The notes: a model not told the origin generated them from the letters alone. Shown: positions 1 through 14,697, numbered from the stretch's first letter. The stretch: DNA of 64,000 bases from Octopus sinensis (GCF_006345805.1 NC_042997.1:177754001-177818000); one strand, 5' to 3'. A program made the numbers and translations.

Positions 1-432
1 AGTTAATTGTAAACAGTTACGAAAACCACTAAGATCCCAATTCTCTTTTTATGGGATTCTATCCAATGGTGCAGGTATAGCTGTATGGTAAGAAGTTTGT
101 TTCCCAACCATGTGGTCTTCGGTTCAGTCCCACAGCGTGACACTTCGGGCAAGTATCTTCTACTTTAGTTCCAGACCGACTAAAGCCTTGTGAGTGGATT
201 TAGCAAATCGAAACTGAAAGAATCCCGTCGTCTATGTGTGTGTATGTGTGTTTGTGTGAGAGAAAGTAGTTCGGATGATGCACTCACAATCGCTCGTGCA
301 CCTGTTCAGGTAACGTCGATTTGATAGAAGGAATGAGGTATGTACAACACATATTTTGGTCACTGTATACAAATTATTTATGCAGGTTATTCAGCTAGAA
401 ATTGCAGAGACGTTTCTCTTAGACTGCGGGTG

Positions 433-525
<93 letters not shown>

Positions 526-526
<1 letters not shown>

Positions 527-1734
527 TAGGTTGTCCGGAGTTCTGAGCGCTTTTAATATGCAAAAAGGGATATAAATAATTGACCATTCAGTAAATTTTA
601 TTCAATGAAATAACTTCCATTATTATTAATGATCTTTGCTCATCTATCAGGCAATTTGAATATTCTATCAGCATAAAATCTGACTGGTTTTAAAGAAAAA
701 AGTTGTCTAGATGCATTTTGATTCCATCTAGATTGTTGGTAGCAGGATGGCGCAATATCAGGAGAATAAGATGTTAGGGGTGAGAGATCCCAGCCAAGTT
801 CATGTAACTTTGTTTGGGTAGCCAAAGATACATGTGGTCGGGCATTGTCTTGTTGGGACACTACCCCTTTCCTGATGGCAATATCCGGCCTCAGTTCTTT
901 GATTTTTTTTTTGTTCAAATTAGCCAACTGACAACAGTACACAACAGAGTTAATGGTCTGGTTTTGTGGGAGAAGCTCATAATAAATAATGCCTTTATGA
1001 TCCCACCAAACACAAAGCATAGCTTTTTTGGCATGAATATTCGGCTTTGGTTGCTGTTTTGGGGGATCCTTACACAAACTCCAGGATCATTTTCACACTA
1101 TGTTTTCATACACAATCCATTTTTCATCTGCAGTTACAATTTGTTTCAAAAAAGGCATGATTTTATTCCGTTTCAAAAACATATCATAAATGGAATACCA
1201 GTTCAAGCAATTATTTTCTGAGAATCTGTGTGGAACCCATATATTATAGCGAGAAATGTATTTTAGCGCCACTGGGTGTTCATGAGCCATACTTTTAGAA
1301 ACTTCCAACTCCTCTGCAAGTTCTGTAGTCATGACATTTGAGTTTTCTTAGATTTTTTTACCTTCAAACCATCTTCATCCAGTTTTGAAGGTCTTCCACT
1401 GCGGCTGTCATCTTCCAAACTAAACTCTCCAGCTTTTAATTTTGCAAACTACTTTCAAACAGTTGATTCACCTACAGCATCACCATAAACTTCACAAATG
1501 TTTTTGCAAGTTTTTGTAGCATTTTCTCCTTGTTTCAAAAAAGAAAAGTATTACAATGTGAGTATGAAATGTTTGACTATCCATTTCAAATGTCAATAAA
1601 GGGTGACCAGAATGAAAGATAAATCTATTTTTAGTCAGGAACAAAAAGAAGAGATGCACCGCCACTTCAAGCAACGCCAAAGAAGCGTTAAAAGATTTAG
1701 CTTGAAAACGCTCGGAACTTTCCGGACAACCTAA
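526..1734 (-). mobile_element. Full-length decayed mariner transposon
   Basis: TIRs ctaggttgtccggagttctgagcg / cgctcggaactttccggacaacctaa, TA on both sides. Broken transposase with WVPH, IVTADEKWI, QQDNARPH and YSPDIAPS motifs. Confidence 0.93.
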
Positions 1735-1796
1735 TAAGGTATCGTTAAACTTTTGATTAATCTACTACAAGATTATTCATCTTTCTATTTCACATA

Positions 1797-1837
<41 letters not shown>

Positions 1838-2876
1838 GTGTGTGTGTGTATAAACTACACACAGTCACACATAAATATATGTACATGTGTGTGTGTCTGT
1901 GTGTCTGTGTGTCTTTGCGTATGAGTCTGTCCCCCACCACCGTTTGACAACAGGTATTGGTTTGTTTATACCCCTGTAACTTAGAGAGTTTCGACAAAAA
2001 GAATACCCCTGTATTCTTTTTGTTATATCCCTGTAACTTAGACAGTTTTGACTGAAAGAATAAGTTACCATGTCCAAAGATAAGTATCGAGGTCGATTTA
2101 TTCAGCGAAACCTCTCAAGATTGTGCCCAAGCATGGTTGCAGTCCAAAGACAGACAAGTAAAAAATAAATTGCATTTTATGTACTGGACCTTTGTATTGA
2201 GGATGAAAATAGCTGCTATAATTATATACGACCTCTAATAATCCTTTCTACAATAGGCACAAGGCCCGAAATTTGGTAGGGAGGATCTAGTCGATTACAT
2301 CGACTCCAGTGTTTCAATAATACTCAATTTTTCGACCCCGAAAAGATGAAGGGCAAAGTCAACCTTGGCGGAATTTGAACTCAGAACGTAGCGGCAGACT
2401 AAATACCTATTTCTATTTCTTTACTACCCACAAGGGGCTAAACACAGAGAGGACAAACAAGGACAGACAAACGGATTAAGTCGATTATATCGACCCCAGT
2501 GCGTAACTGGTACTTATTTAATCGACCCCGAAAGAATGAAAGGCAAAGTCGACCTCGGCGGAATTTGAACTCAGAACGTAACCGCAGACGAAATACGGCT
2601 ACGCATTTCGGTTCGGCAAAAAAAGACCGATCGATTACAAAGAATAAGTCCAGGGGTCGATTTGTTCGACTAAAGGCGGTGCTCCAGCATGGCTGCAGTC
2701 AAATGGCTGAAGCGAGTAAAAGAAAAGAATGTGTATGCGAGTGTGTGTGTGTGTGTGTATACATATACATTTACATACATATATACAAATATAGTCATAC
2801 CTATATGCATGACTATATATATGTGAGGACTGTGTGTGTATGTTTGTAAGTGTCTAGCCATCTATCTATTTATCTA

Positions 2877-3499
<623 letters not shown>

Positions 3500-4295
3500 T
3501 CTTTCTTTTATTTGTTCCAGACATTGGACTACGTCCATGCTGGGGCAACCTTTTTAAAGAATTATTTTCGATCGTATCGCCCCAGTAATTACTCTTAAGT
3601 ACTTGCGTGTATATGTATGTACCCATGTATGTGTATGTGTATGTGTATGTGCGTGCGTGCGTGAGTGCACGCGCGTGTGCAAGTGCGTGCGCAAGCATAT
3701 TAATATTCGAGCGGTAATTAACGTGTCACTACAGATAGTGCGATAGCGTCGGGGCAGTAATATAGACGCACATTGTTATTAAACCAACACAGCAGAGGTT
3801 TACCGAATCGATACGGCGAAATGTAAAGTATTCTCTGGAGAACCACTTTCAGAATTATCGTAGTGAATGATCTGCATATATAATATGTATTGCTAAACAG
3901 AATATTTGGTTACTAGAATGTCCACAACATCATATTAGTGAAGATATGCTGTCACGGCTCTTGTCATCACAATAAGATAACGGGAGAATCTCGATACGCT
4001 TGCTTGACTTGCTGAAATTTGTAGCGACATCTCCCTCAAAATCTATCTTACATTTTTAAATTAAAAAAGTGACACATTGGTCAAATGTAGTCCTTTAATA
4101 TTTCTGCTCTGTCAAGGCTGATCTTCAATACAAACAACTGCAGATGCGACAAATCACTCGACCTTATAGAAATAACAGCCAGATTTTTCCTCTAATCACA
4201 ACCTGCCGTCTTTAAAAGAAAAAGGAATCGAACTCACGACATTACGATCGTCAGCCGATTACCCTAACCACTAAGCCACGCTGATGGAAAAGACA

Positions 4296-5668
4296 TGTAG
4301 TGAATCTTGCATGCATGAAGTAGATTCGATCCACCACAGCCAAATTTAAATTAACACTGGAACAGAACTTTTCCCACGATGGAACAATGTTTTTTCTCTG
4401 ACAGCAGTTTTACATCTTCCAGATGCCTTTAGCTAGGCTGAAGTAATGTCTTCACCACTTGACCCTTTCTAACCTCTTCTACTTCACCAAAAGCTAGAAT
4501 AGAGATAACAAGACCACCAACTAAATCTATTTCCAATGGTATGTCTATCCTTCTGGATTGTTATAAAAGCAAGAATACCCAAAACAAAAATCAGTTAGTT
4601 ACCAGCCGGTGACGACTCAACCAAGTTCGTCACATCGTGACGACTCAATTAGTTAGGGAACGGGCTGCTAGAATCATGATCACAAAGAAATGCAGCAACA
4701 GAAGATAATGGTCCGCGAGAGAAATGAAGTTTACTGTCAGCAACTCTCACTAGCTCTAATTACTGTCACACAACTCTCACTAGCTCTGATTCTGTTCTCT
4801 TACATCATTCTATCTCTCTCTGTAATTACTACTACTAAACAATGAAGAGGAAGCAAACACAAACTTTACTTCGCATGCTTTTGGATTTATTATAACCTGC
4901 CCGTCGAAGCAAGGTATTTGTAACGTAACGGTAAATAAATACTTTCTTTAAACTTAATACATTGTCTATCTTTCACATCCTACAGTATTCGATTATAACA
5001 ACAAATAATTATCGTCACACCAGCTGACTACGACATCATCATATTAATGTTTACAAATCAACATCTCGCTACTATTGGTGACTTCGACAATGCATAATAT
5101 TGTTTTCAAATCAAATTCGCCCGTTACAATTGGTGACTCCGACTAATCAATATAATGTTTACAATCAGTGACCCTCGACTTCGAACGAAAGGATTAACCG
5201 TTACAATTTGATGACCCCGTGGAAAAAGAATCCCAGATGGAAGCACTCCGTCGGTTACGACGACGAGGGTTCCGGTTGATCCGAATCAACGGAACAGCCT
5301 GCTCGTGAAATTAACGTGTAAGTGGCTGAGCACTCCACAGACACGTGTACCCTTAACGTAGTTCTCGGGGATATTCAGTGTGACACAGTGAGTGACAAGG
5401 CCGGCCCTTTGAAATACAGGTACAACAGAAACAGGAAGTAAGTGTGAGGGAAAGTTGTGGTGAAAGAGTACAGCAGGGATCACCACCCACCCCTGCTGGA
5501 GCCTCGTGGAGCTTTAGGTGTTTTCGCTCAATAAACACTCACAACGCCCAGTCTGGGAATCGAAACCGCGATCCTATGACCGCGAGTCCGCTGCCCTAAC
5601 CACTGGGCCATTGCGCCTCCACGGAAAAAGAATCACAGCCTTCTGAAACAGCAGAACCAACCGTTACA
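4296..5668 (+). mobile_element. Solo LTR (Gypsy-like) with internal PBS array and nested SINE
   Basis: TGTAGTGA...CCGTTACA termini with 4-bp TSD GACA (4292-4295, 5669-5672). AATAAA near 4934, 30-bp tandem repeat at about 4730-4790, repeated TGGTGACYYCGAC motifs at 5021-5219. Confidence 0.82.
5233..5622 (-). mobile_element. Young tRNA-derived SINE
   Basis: Perfect 12-bp TSD GGAAAAAGAATC (5221-5232, 5623-5634). A box TGGCCCAGTGG, B box GGTTTCGATTCC. A related copy starts near 27676 (+). Confidence 0.92.
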
Positions 5669-6883
5669 GACAGGATAGTTATGACTGGAATGAATTTGAT
5701 CATAAATCTAGTGGATCAATGATGACCTGGGGTTAAACAACAACAAAACATTCTCATTAAATATAAATACCTAAGATGAGTTGTAATTAAGATTATAATT
5801 TTCGGCTTTATTTTCAACAATTACATCTACTCTACTTTTTGATCAGTTTGATTCCTAATTGTTTTCGAGTGTCCTATTCCAGGATATGTACAGAGTGTCA
5901 AACTGGATTCAATCTTGGCAAGTTTGTTGCTGAGCTTAAAAAACAAAGGAAGCGTTATAATATTTCTGATCCGGGGTACGCAACTGAGGCCGTATTAAAT
6001 TAAAATAGCCATCTATGTAACATACTTAATGTATATACAATATATATACACTGCTGATAGACCAGTTATTGCAGCATTCGTCCTGAGATAAGATCTCTTA
6101 TGGACGTGCTGCGTTAAAAACATAAATATCGGAAGAAGACTAAAAATCGCTGTTGCAGCGTCGGTGACATCATCGATAAAAGTATTACTCCCCTTTGTAT
6201 AGAAATAAAGGTTAGTAATTCAAATCCAATCTGGACAGTGTACACATCCAAGAACAAGATACCCGATGACAGCAGTAGATGAAATCAATGTTTTCATGTT
6301 TTTCAGTTTACTGTAGCTAGTTTAATGTTTTGACATGCCGATGCCCCCCAGCGAACGCGCTGTTTTCTGATTGGCTGAAAATTTTGAAAATTGTCAAACT
6401 TTGAACACCTGTAACATTTTTGCGAAATTTTTCTGAAATAAATTAATAACAAATACGGATTCAGCATCAAAGATTACATCTATATGATACATTTTTAAAA
6501 AAATTTTTATAGATAACTGTAAACAGTGACGAAAACCACAAAGATCCGAATAATGTAGTCCTAGATTATATAAAGTCAGAAAAAAAACCCATATCGTCAC
6601 AAATGGCATGCCTTTAGTTTATAAGCCTCATTCAGGGTTGGTCTGAGACCAAACAACAACAACAGCAATTACTACATAAATACTGCGATAGATTAATGAA
6701 CCACTAATGAAGCCTCTATATGGTGTCTCGCCATAAAAGAAATAGTAGTCAAATCTCTCTTAGAAGAATACATTAGATATTGTACTCCTGGATACACTAT
6801 GCTTTCCAAAATATAGGATAGTCACGGCCGATCTTTGACTACTCAGCAACAACAATATCCAGAACAGCGACTATTGTTACTAA

Positions 6884-6931
<48 letters not shown>

Positions 6932-7261
6932 ATGTGTGTGTGTGTGTGCATGTGTGCGTGTTGGTGGTATGTGTATAGGTATATACGTATATGTATATAT
7001 GTATGTGTTAGTGTGTGTTTATATATTTTAGAAACTATACCAATAATGATGACATTTTACAACACGTAAAAAAAATACAAAATTAATTTAGACTCAGTAT
7101 ATAGAAACATAATTTAAATAATAACGTATAAAAACATTATATATAGTAAAAAAAGAAAGCCTGTTTAATTATTCGATATTACATAAAATGTGAACCGAGC
7201 TGTCGAGGACGGGTTTTTAAAAATTTCATAAAAATCGTATTTACCGTATATTTTTAAGAAA

Positions 7262-9160
7262 TTCAGTGACGCCTTACATTATGACACCAAGCGCGCCAAT
7301 TGCATTGGGGATTGTGTTTTCAATTACCACATTCTGCAAACCTTGGTCTTTGTACTTTGCGTTTTTGCCATATTCTTTAACGGATATATCTCTCTTTTTA
7401 GAAGATATAGCCATGTCAATGAGTAGACGTGTTTTATTTTTAAAATCATTAACGATAATATCAGACTAATCGGCGTTTATGGTAAGGTTGTAACGGGAAT
7501 AGGTTGCTTCTTGCACTTTTAGGGTGCAAGTGGTGCATTCACAAATTCCGTTGCTTAAATTTCCAGATTCTACCAGTCAAAGAACACAAACGCGACAGTA
7601 AAAATATATACTCTTTATTGTTCTTATAACAGTAAGAAATAAGGTGATATATTTGGTTCCACTTTGTATGGTTGTGGCAAGGCTGAAATTTAACGCTTGT
7701 AACAATCTTACAAGTACAACAGCAAACTGAGCTGGTCAAATATGGCGTCCTTAGGGAGCGAAGAAAATACGTCTGCAACAATGTCTGGTGGAAAGCCTTC
7801 TATCCCAGACTGCTACGGGAATTAGTTGATCACACGTATGAAAATACGTGCTTTCCCTTCGGTCGCTGTGCCTCAAGTCGCTCTGCTCACTGCTGCTATG
7901 CGTCTCCCTGTACCCTTTTTAGTGGAACGCCACATCATCATTCCCTTCTTCCGGTCTTCGCGCATGCGCGAGAGGGCCCTTCCCTTCTGCCTCTACAGAA
8001 GGCTCCAAACTCCGCACACGCGAACTGAAGTGGCGTTGCGCACGCGCGGCGCGCTGTTGGAATAGCGTCACTACAAGGTCTTTGGAGATTGTAAAACTTA
8101 TAAAATTGCTGCATCTTTTGCTTCGATTGCTGATTGGAGATGGTATCCGTACGAGTTTTAACATTCTCTGTATCATATTTGCATAGTATCCAGTGAATGC
8201 ATTTACCGACTCGATCATGTTTACTTCTATATTACATTGGAACCAAGGTCTATTTTCTCGATTTGTTCATTACTCATTCTGCATTTTTGGTTCACTCCAT
8301 TTCTGAGGAAGTTTCCTTGATAGCTTCTTGCAAATAAGCTCTGGTCTAGGGCAGCAAGGATAAATGCCCTCGTGTCAACTTTTAATCCTAAATTTCGCAG
8401 CTACTGATGGGTTTGTGGTTGGTGCGAATGTTGTACTGATGCGAAGCGGAAATTAGCCATATAGAAGATTTTGTTACCAGCTATCTTTCAGAATTTTATG
8501 GTCCTTAGACTTTGCTTAAATCCTGTAGATTTTAACTGCTTCGGTTGGTAGTAGCTTAGTCTCACTGATAATCTCTACGTTCTGGATTCTTCCTCATTTC
8601 TGTCGCCTGGCATTGCGGAATGGAATCTCTTCTTATTTTCGTGATCATTTATCACTATCGTCATCCAATCTCAGTCTTGTTTAAGTATTTTTACAGACCA
8701 GTCATGCCTGTTTTATAGGATAATTCAAGTTGAACGAATCTCCTTCCATTTTCTTTTCTCGCAGATAAACATGGTAGATGCCTGCCTTAGGGTATTGCAT
8801 TTTGTTAATGTTAAAAAGATTTTGTGATTTCCCATCCATTCTCTGAATGTCAGGTGAGTTCCAGTTCATTATATTGAAACCATATTCCATTACAGTTACA
8901 GCTTGAGCGCTGATAGCTTCGCTACGACTTTTAGAGTTGAGTTCAGTTTTCCGGGCCAACCTTACTCCTCTTTTATACTTTTTTTCCTTTATTTCAATAT
9001 GTTGGATTCAGTCACCGTCGCTTATACCTAGATATTTATAAATGCCCTTACGATATAGTTCTTAAATAGAGGTGTCTGGGTCAAGCCTGATGGATGATGT
9101 AATGATCTTTCCTCTCTTGCAAGTTGCTTTTGTACATTTATCAACTCAAAATTCTATTCC
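7262..9160 (-). mobile_element. Decayed R4/Dong-like non-LTR retrotransposon (RT C-terminus plus REL endonuclease)
   Basis: Remnant motifs YKYLGI, KTELNSK, DIIV...LIDMAI...KE..K..KYKD, IGALG. Many stops and frameshifts. Confidence 0.8.
7489..8075 (-). mobile_element. Solo LTR (Gypsy-like) inserted in an R4/Dong LINE
   Basis: Minus-strand TGTAGTGAC...CCCGTTACA with 4-bp TSD AGGT (7485-7488, 8076-8079) and AATAAA near 7614. Removing it rejoins the LINE frame (TISKDLT-INAD*SDIIV). Confidence 0.85.
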
Positions 9161-11144
9161 TATGTTACGAAGAAGACAAAGATCTATTTGAATTTTTGCA
9201 GTACTTAAGTTCTTATTCTGTGTACAACAATCTCCTAGTATAATTTTATTAAGCATATATATATGTATATATATGTCCCACAAGAGGAGTCGATGTTAGA
9301 TGTGTCGAAAGAATTGTTGTGATTAATAGTATATTTTCGTATATTCCATCTTGTGTCTTTTATTGTTTTATATATATATATATATAAAACATTTATCATT
9401 CAAGCACGATAGTGGTTCAATATATTATTAAGTCCACCATTTCGTCAATCGCTTCCAAGCTTCATCACTAATTCAGTTCTCAACTAAATTACAAACAGTC
9501 AACAGTTTTAAAGAGGACACCTCCTCAGCTACACTTTGGTTTAGTAGAAAAAGTTACATCAAAATATGTCAGACCTCAAGTGGGCAGTATTGCAAATATT
9601 CACCTTCATTTCACATAAATTTTTTAATTTTAAATTAAAAGTATACATTTCTTGGGCTTAAATGATAAAAAAAATGCATGAGGAATTCAGAATCGTTAGT
9701 CGCATTGAACAAAAATTAGTAGAAAAGCAGTTATGAGGTAAAATGTTACGAAATTTTATGTCAGTAAATAAGGCAGTAAGAAGTAACGCTTAAGCAATAA
9801 GAATGAAGAATATATTTCTAAAATGAATCTTTACTGTTTTTTTTTTTTAAGGCGGCGAACTGGCAGAAACGTTAGCACGCCGGGCGAAATGTTTAACGGT
9901 ATTTCGTCTGTCTTTATGTTTTGAGTTCAAATTTCGCCGAGATCGACTTTGACGTACAGATTATTTAATTAATTTTTTTAAACTAAACACTTTCAAACTT
10001 TCGATACTGGTAGAATATGTCACAGAGAACAGGGTTTGCTCTTAACGTTTTTGACAAAATGTTGTATTTTAAAAGCTGTTTTTCGTCTGTCTTTACGTTC
10101 TGAGTTCAAATTCCACCGAGGTTGACTTTGCCTTTCATCCATTTCAGTCCTATTCAGTTAGACGTACAGATTATTTAATTATTTTTTATAACTAAACACT
10201 TTCAAACTTCTGATACTGGTAGAATATGTCACATAGAACAGGGTTTACTCATAACGTTTTTGACAAAATTTTGTATTTTAGAAGTTATTTCGTCAGAAGT
10301 TGCAGTGACAATGGACAAATTCGTGTTTGATAAATACCAATACACGAAATTCTCAGCTTTTGACTTACTCTCTAACTTCTGCCGATGATATATATACATA
10401 TTACATATATGTATAAAAAACTTTCATCACGCAATCGAACCAATGAAAGAACCTCTACCTGGTTGCTCGATACGCAAAAAATAGCAGCCAACATATTCCC
10501 CTACCTAAATCACACGCCCATTGTATGTAATGTCCTAGATTATCCCTAAAAATACGGATGGTGAAGGCCGGAATATCTTTGATGACAGGTTTGCAGTATC
10601 AAGGTTGATTTGAGGCTAAATAACAACAACATTATGGCAAACTTCCATATTAATACTCGCACAATTTTCACTAAGAAAAAAACCCAAAACAATTTGATTA
10701 TTTTGCGTGGAATCAAGTACCCTGACCGTCTAATATGCTGCAAACTCTTTATTTTGATTCGGAAAAAATGAGGTGGAGTCTCAGCCCCCAATCCTGGAAT
10801 CATTGGAATTTTTTTTCGTTGAATGAATTCCCGTGACCTCCTAATAATCAACGATCCACTTCTCACTATTTATGTAGTGATCATTCCTCTCTTGAAAGTT
10901 GCTTTTGCCCATTTATTGCAAGAGAGGAAGGATCACTACAACACCAACGATCCATTTCTCACTGTTTATTGCTCCATTTCTTATCGTCTTTATATATATT
11001 AGGCCACGGTTTTACCTCTTAAATGACCTACTACCGTATACCTTATAACAAGGACCATACATACTGAAGTAATGCCAGGAGTGCCTATGGATACATCTAT
11101 CCCTTAGATGGTTACATTACCTCTAACTTATATCTTACACAACC

Positions 11145-11213
<69 letters not shown>

Positions 11214-11269
11214 ATAATATATATATATATATTATATATATATATATACGCATTAGAGAATATATATAT

Positions 11270-11780
11270 ATATCCTTAAAATCCTTTAAAATGTTTCGGC
11301 CCGGAAGCCGCGGCCATGGTGGGGCACCACCGTTGAATGAGGTACACTAGTATGTGAAAACACCTTTGATACGTGGCACTTGATCAACAAGGGAGTTCGA
11401 CGCCGCTGATCGCATCTGTGTTTCCTGCCGAGAGGTAGGTTCATCTGGAACCCCTGACAAGAGATCCAGTTTAGTATTAAAGAAACCCACATCCACACAA
11501 TGCAGGTCTCTCAGGCATTTAGGAAGGATATTGAAGAGCTGTGGTCCCCTGAAACCCAAGCTGTTGCAGTATCTGGTCTTGTATTTTGATGGTAATATTG
11601 GGATCTTTGGCACCATGCAGTGGTGCCCCGTTCTGCTGTTGGGATAACTTTGAATGCCAAAATTCGGGACAAGACCCTCCAAGATTTTCCAGATGTATAT
11701 CACTGCATATCTCTACCGCCTTCGCTCCAAGGAGAAGAGTTTTAATACTTTCAGTCTTTCCCAGTCGCTGATATGTTGCA
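11270..11780 (-). mobile_element. CR1/L2-group LINE 3' fragment between (TA)n tracts
   Basis: WERLKVLKLFSLERRR..YAVIYIWKILEGLVPN...GPQLFNILPKCLR...VPDEP, followed by a structured 3' tail. Confidence 0.8.
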
Positions 11781-11807
11781 TTGGACGATCTGCTTAGTGT
11801 AGCTTCG

Positions 11808-11907
<100 letters not shown>

Positions 11908-12751
11908 TATATATAATAATAATAAAAACAGTAGGTTACAATATTTCACCAAAAAGGGGAATTATAATTGTCCCGATATGTGACTAGGGTGTAAAAAGGC
12001 ACCCATATTACTAGAAATAAGAGCTAAAAAGCTCTAATGCTGTAGTTAACTCATATGAATGAAAACATATACACTAACAGGGACCACAAATAGTACGAAA
12101 AATGCCGACCGAGAATTCTTACGACTGACGTCAGTTTCGACTACTTCATTTGCTTCATTAGTTAAGCCAGCCCGGTGTTCGGCTTTTTCCAGACCCCTTT
12201 CTCTATTAGTATTTATGTTTTCGTCATCCAAATGAACGGATGGTTTAACGATTCGCTAATGTGTATACACACAATTACAATAAACAGCAGGTTGCAGTGT
12301 TTCGAAAAATATATATATATATAATTCTAAGAAAGAGATTGTGAATTCAACCAACTAAGGGATAATATCTATCCAATGTACTGCTGGTAGAATACCCAAT
12401 TATTAATACACAAGTGGGTTTTTTTTCATTGCATGGCAATTACATTACCGAGTGTAATAAATGGGTGAGGCTAAAGAGATATTTTACCATTAATTTATAG
12501 AGCAATAAGAAAATGGATGGGATCAATAAGTGGTATTCATCAACTTTTAGACGTTATATTGTGCCAATTCATTTATTTACTAAAAGGACAATCATAACAA
12601 TATACATACATGTATAACATATCATGCTTTACATATATAATATATAAAATACAAAATATAAGATATAAGATATAAAAAATATAAAATATAAATATATATA
12701 TACTCACATATATGTATATATCTATATCTATATACATGTGTGTGTGTGTGT

Positions 12752-12817
<66 letters not shown>

Positions 12818-12957
12818 TGTGTTCCATTTTTCCGGCGGCGGTTTATATACCCTAATATTAGACTGTTTGCTACAGGCAATATACAGTGAAAACTTAGAAT
12901 TATATATCCAAAATTTTCACTTGTTACCGTCTCTCAACTTACGCAGAATACGCGCGT

Positions 12958-12995
<38 letters not shown>

Positions 12996-13495
12996 ACACA
13001 CATACACACACACATACACACACACATACACATAGACACATTATTATTATTAACATCGTCATTAAGGCGGCGAGCTGGCAGAAACGTTAGCACACCGGGC
13101 GAAATGCTTAGCGGTATTTCGTCTGCCGTTACGTTCTGAGTTCGAATTCTGCCGAGGTCGACTTTGCCTTTCATCCTTTCGGGATTGATAAATTAAGTAC
13201 CAGTTACGCACTGGGGTCGATATAATCGACTTAATCCGTCTGTCTGTCCTTGTTTGTCCTCTCTGTGTTTAGCCCCTTGTGGGTAGAAAAGAAATAGGTA
13301 TTTCGTCTGTCTTCATGTTCTGAGTTCAAATGCCGCCGGAGTCGATTTTGCCTTTCATCCTTTCGGGGTCGATAAATTAAGTACCAGTTACGAACTGGAG
13401 TCGATATAATTGTCTGAGCCCCTCCCCAAAAATTTCGGGCCTTGCGTCTATATTAGAAAGGATTATTAGCATCATCATCACTACTACTACTACTT

Positions 13496-13528
<33 letters not shown>

Positions 13529-13982
13529 CATTAGCCGTTGTTTTAATGCCTGGAATAAGCAATACTTTGTTTCATAGAGATGAGGGGGTATATGATGGAA
13601 AGAAGAAAAATAAAATAAAAACAAATTAAAATAAAATGAACAATACAATAGATCAAAATACATATAAATTTTTAATACCATCTACTTTCACAGAGCATAT
13701 GGCCATCTTCGGATGTATTGTCTCTAAATAATGGATTTAATTCGTAAAGCAGCTGAGGAATATAAAACTGTCTATAAAAAAAATATCATTCAACTATTTT
13801 TCTGAAGAGGTAGAATAGAAGAAACGTAGGTGGACAGTGCCTGTCAGTTGTCTATGTTACTTGTGTATTGAGTGAAAGTTCGAGATAAAAACAGTGGTAA
13901 ATGGATAGGGAGAAGAGGGGGGGACACAGACAGTAGACAGAGCTCGGGGTGAAAACAGTGATAGATTGATAGATAAGCAGAG

Positions 13983-14072
<90 letters not shown>

Positions 14073-14326
14073 GTTTCTTTATTGGCCACACAGGGCTGCA
14101 CACAGATGGGACAAGTTACAAGGTAGAGCTTTTCTTTTGGGGGGATGAAAAAAAGGGGCTGGCGTAGGTTTTCGATCAAGAGGGATCGTAAAAGGGAAGA
14201 AAAGAACAAAAAATGAAAAAAAAATAAATAGAATAAAAATAAAAAGAATAAAAGGAAAAAAAAGGGAAAAGGAACAAAGGAAAAGAGAAATAAAAAAAGA
14301 AGAAAAAAGGGGGGAAGAGGGGGAAA

Positions 14327-14387
<61 letters not shown>

Positions 14388-14440
14388 CAGATAGACAGAC
14401 AGACAAATAGACAGATAGATAGATAGACAGACAGATAGAC

Positions 14441-14478
<38 letters not shown>

Positions 14479-14492
14479 GCAGGCAGGCAGGC

Positions 14493-14568
<76 letters not shown>

Positions 14569-14636
14569 CCTTTGAAAGAAATTGCTTATAACAACATTGG
14601 AAGAAAAATTAGAAATCGCCATTCTCTCTATCTGTC

Positions 14637-14697
<61 letters not shown>

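Noticed and set aside
640-1332. Domesticated SETMAR-like gene
   Set aside because: The transposase is frameshifted, the third catalytic Asp is lost, TIRs are still present and there is no SET domain.
5013-5220. CRISPR array call for the repeat-spacer pattern
   Set aside because: Eukaryotic context, no cas genes, degenerate repeats that match an LTR end plus tRNA-Trp PBS, and partly paralogous spacers.
6090-6547. Complete GGATC-terminated TIR element (right end resembles window positions 1-37)
   Set aside because: The left TIR is poor and there is no matching TSD, so only a shared terminal fragment can be supported.
7826-8218. GC-rich ORFs or CpG-island-like gene start
   Set aside because: They lie within or across the TSD-bounded solo LTR and LINE relic, with no recognisable protein.
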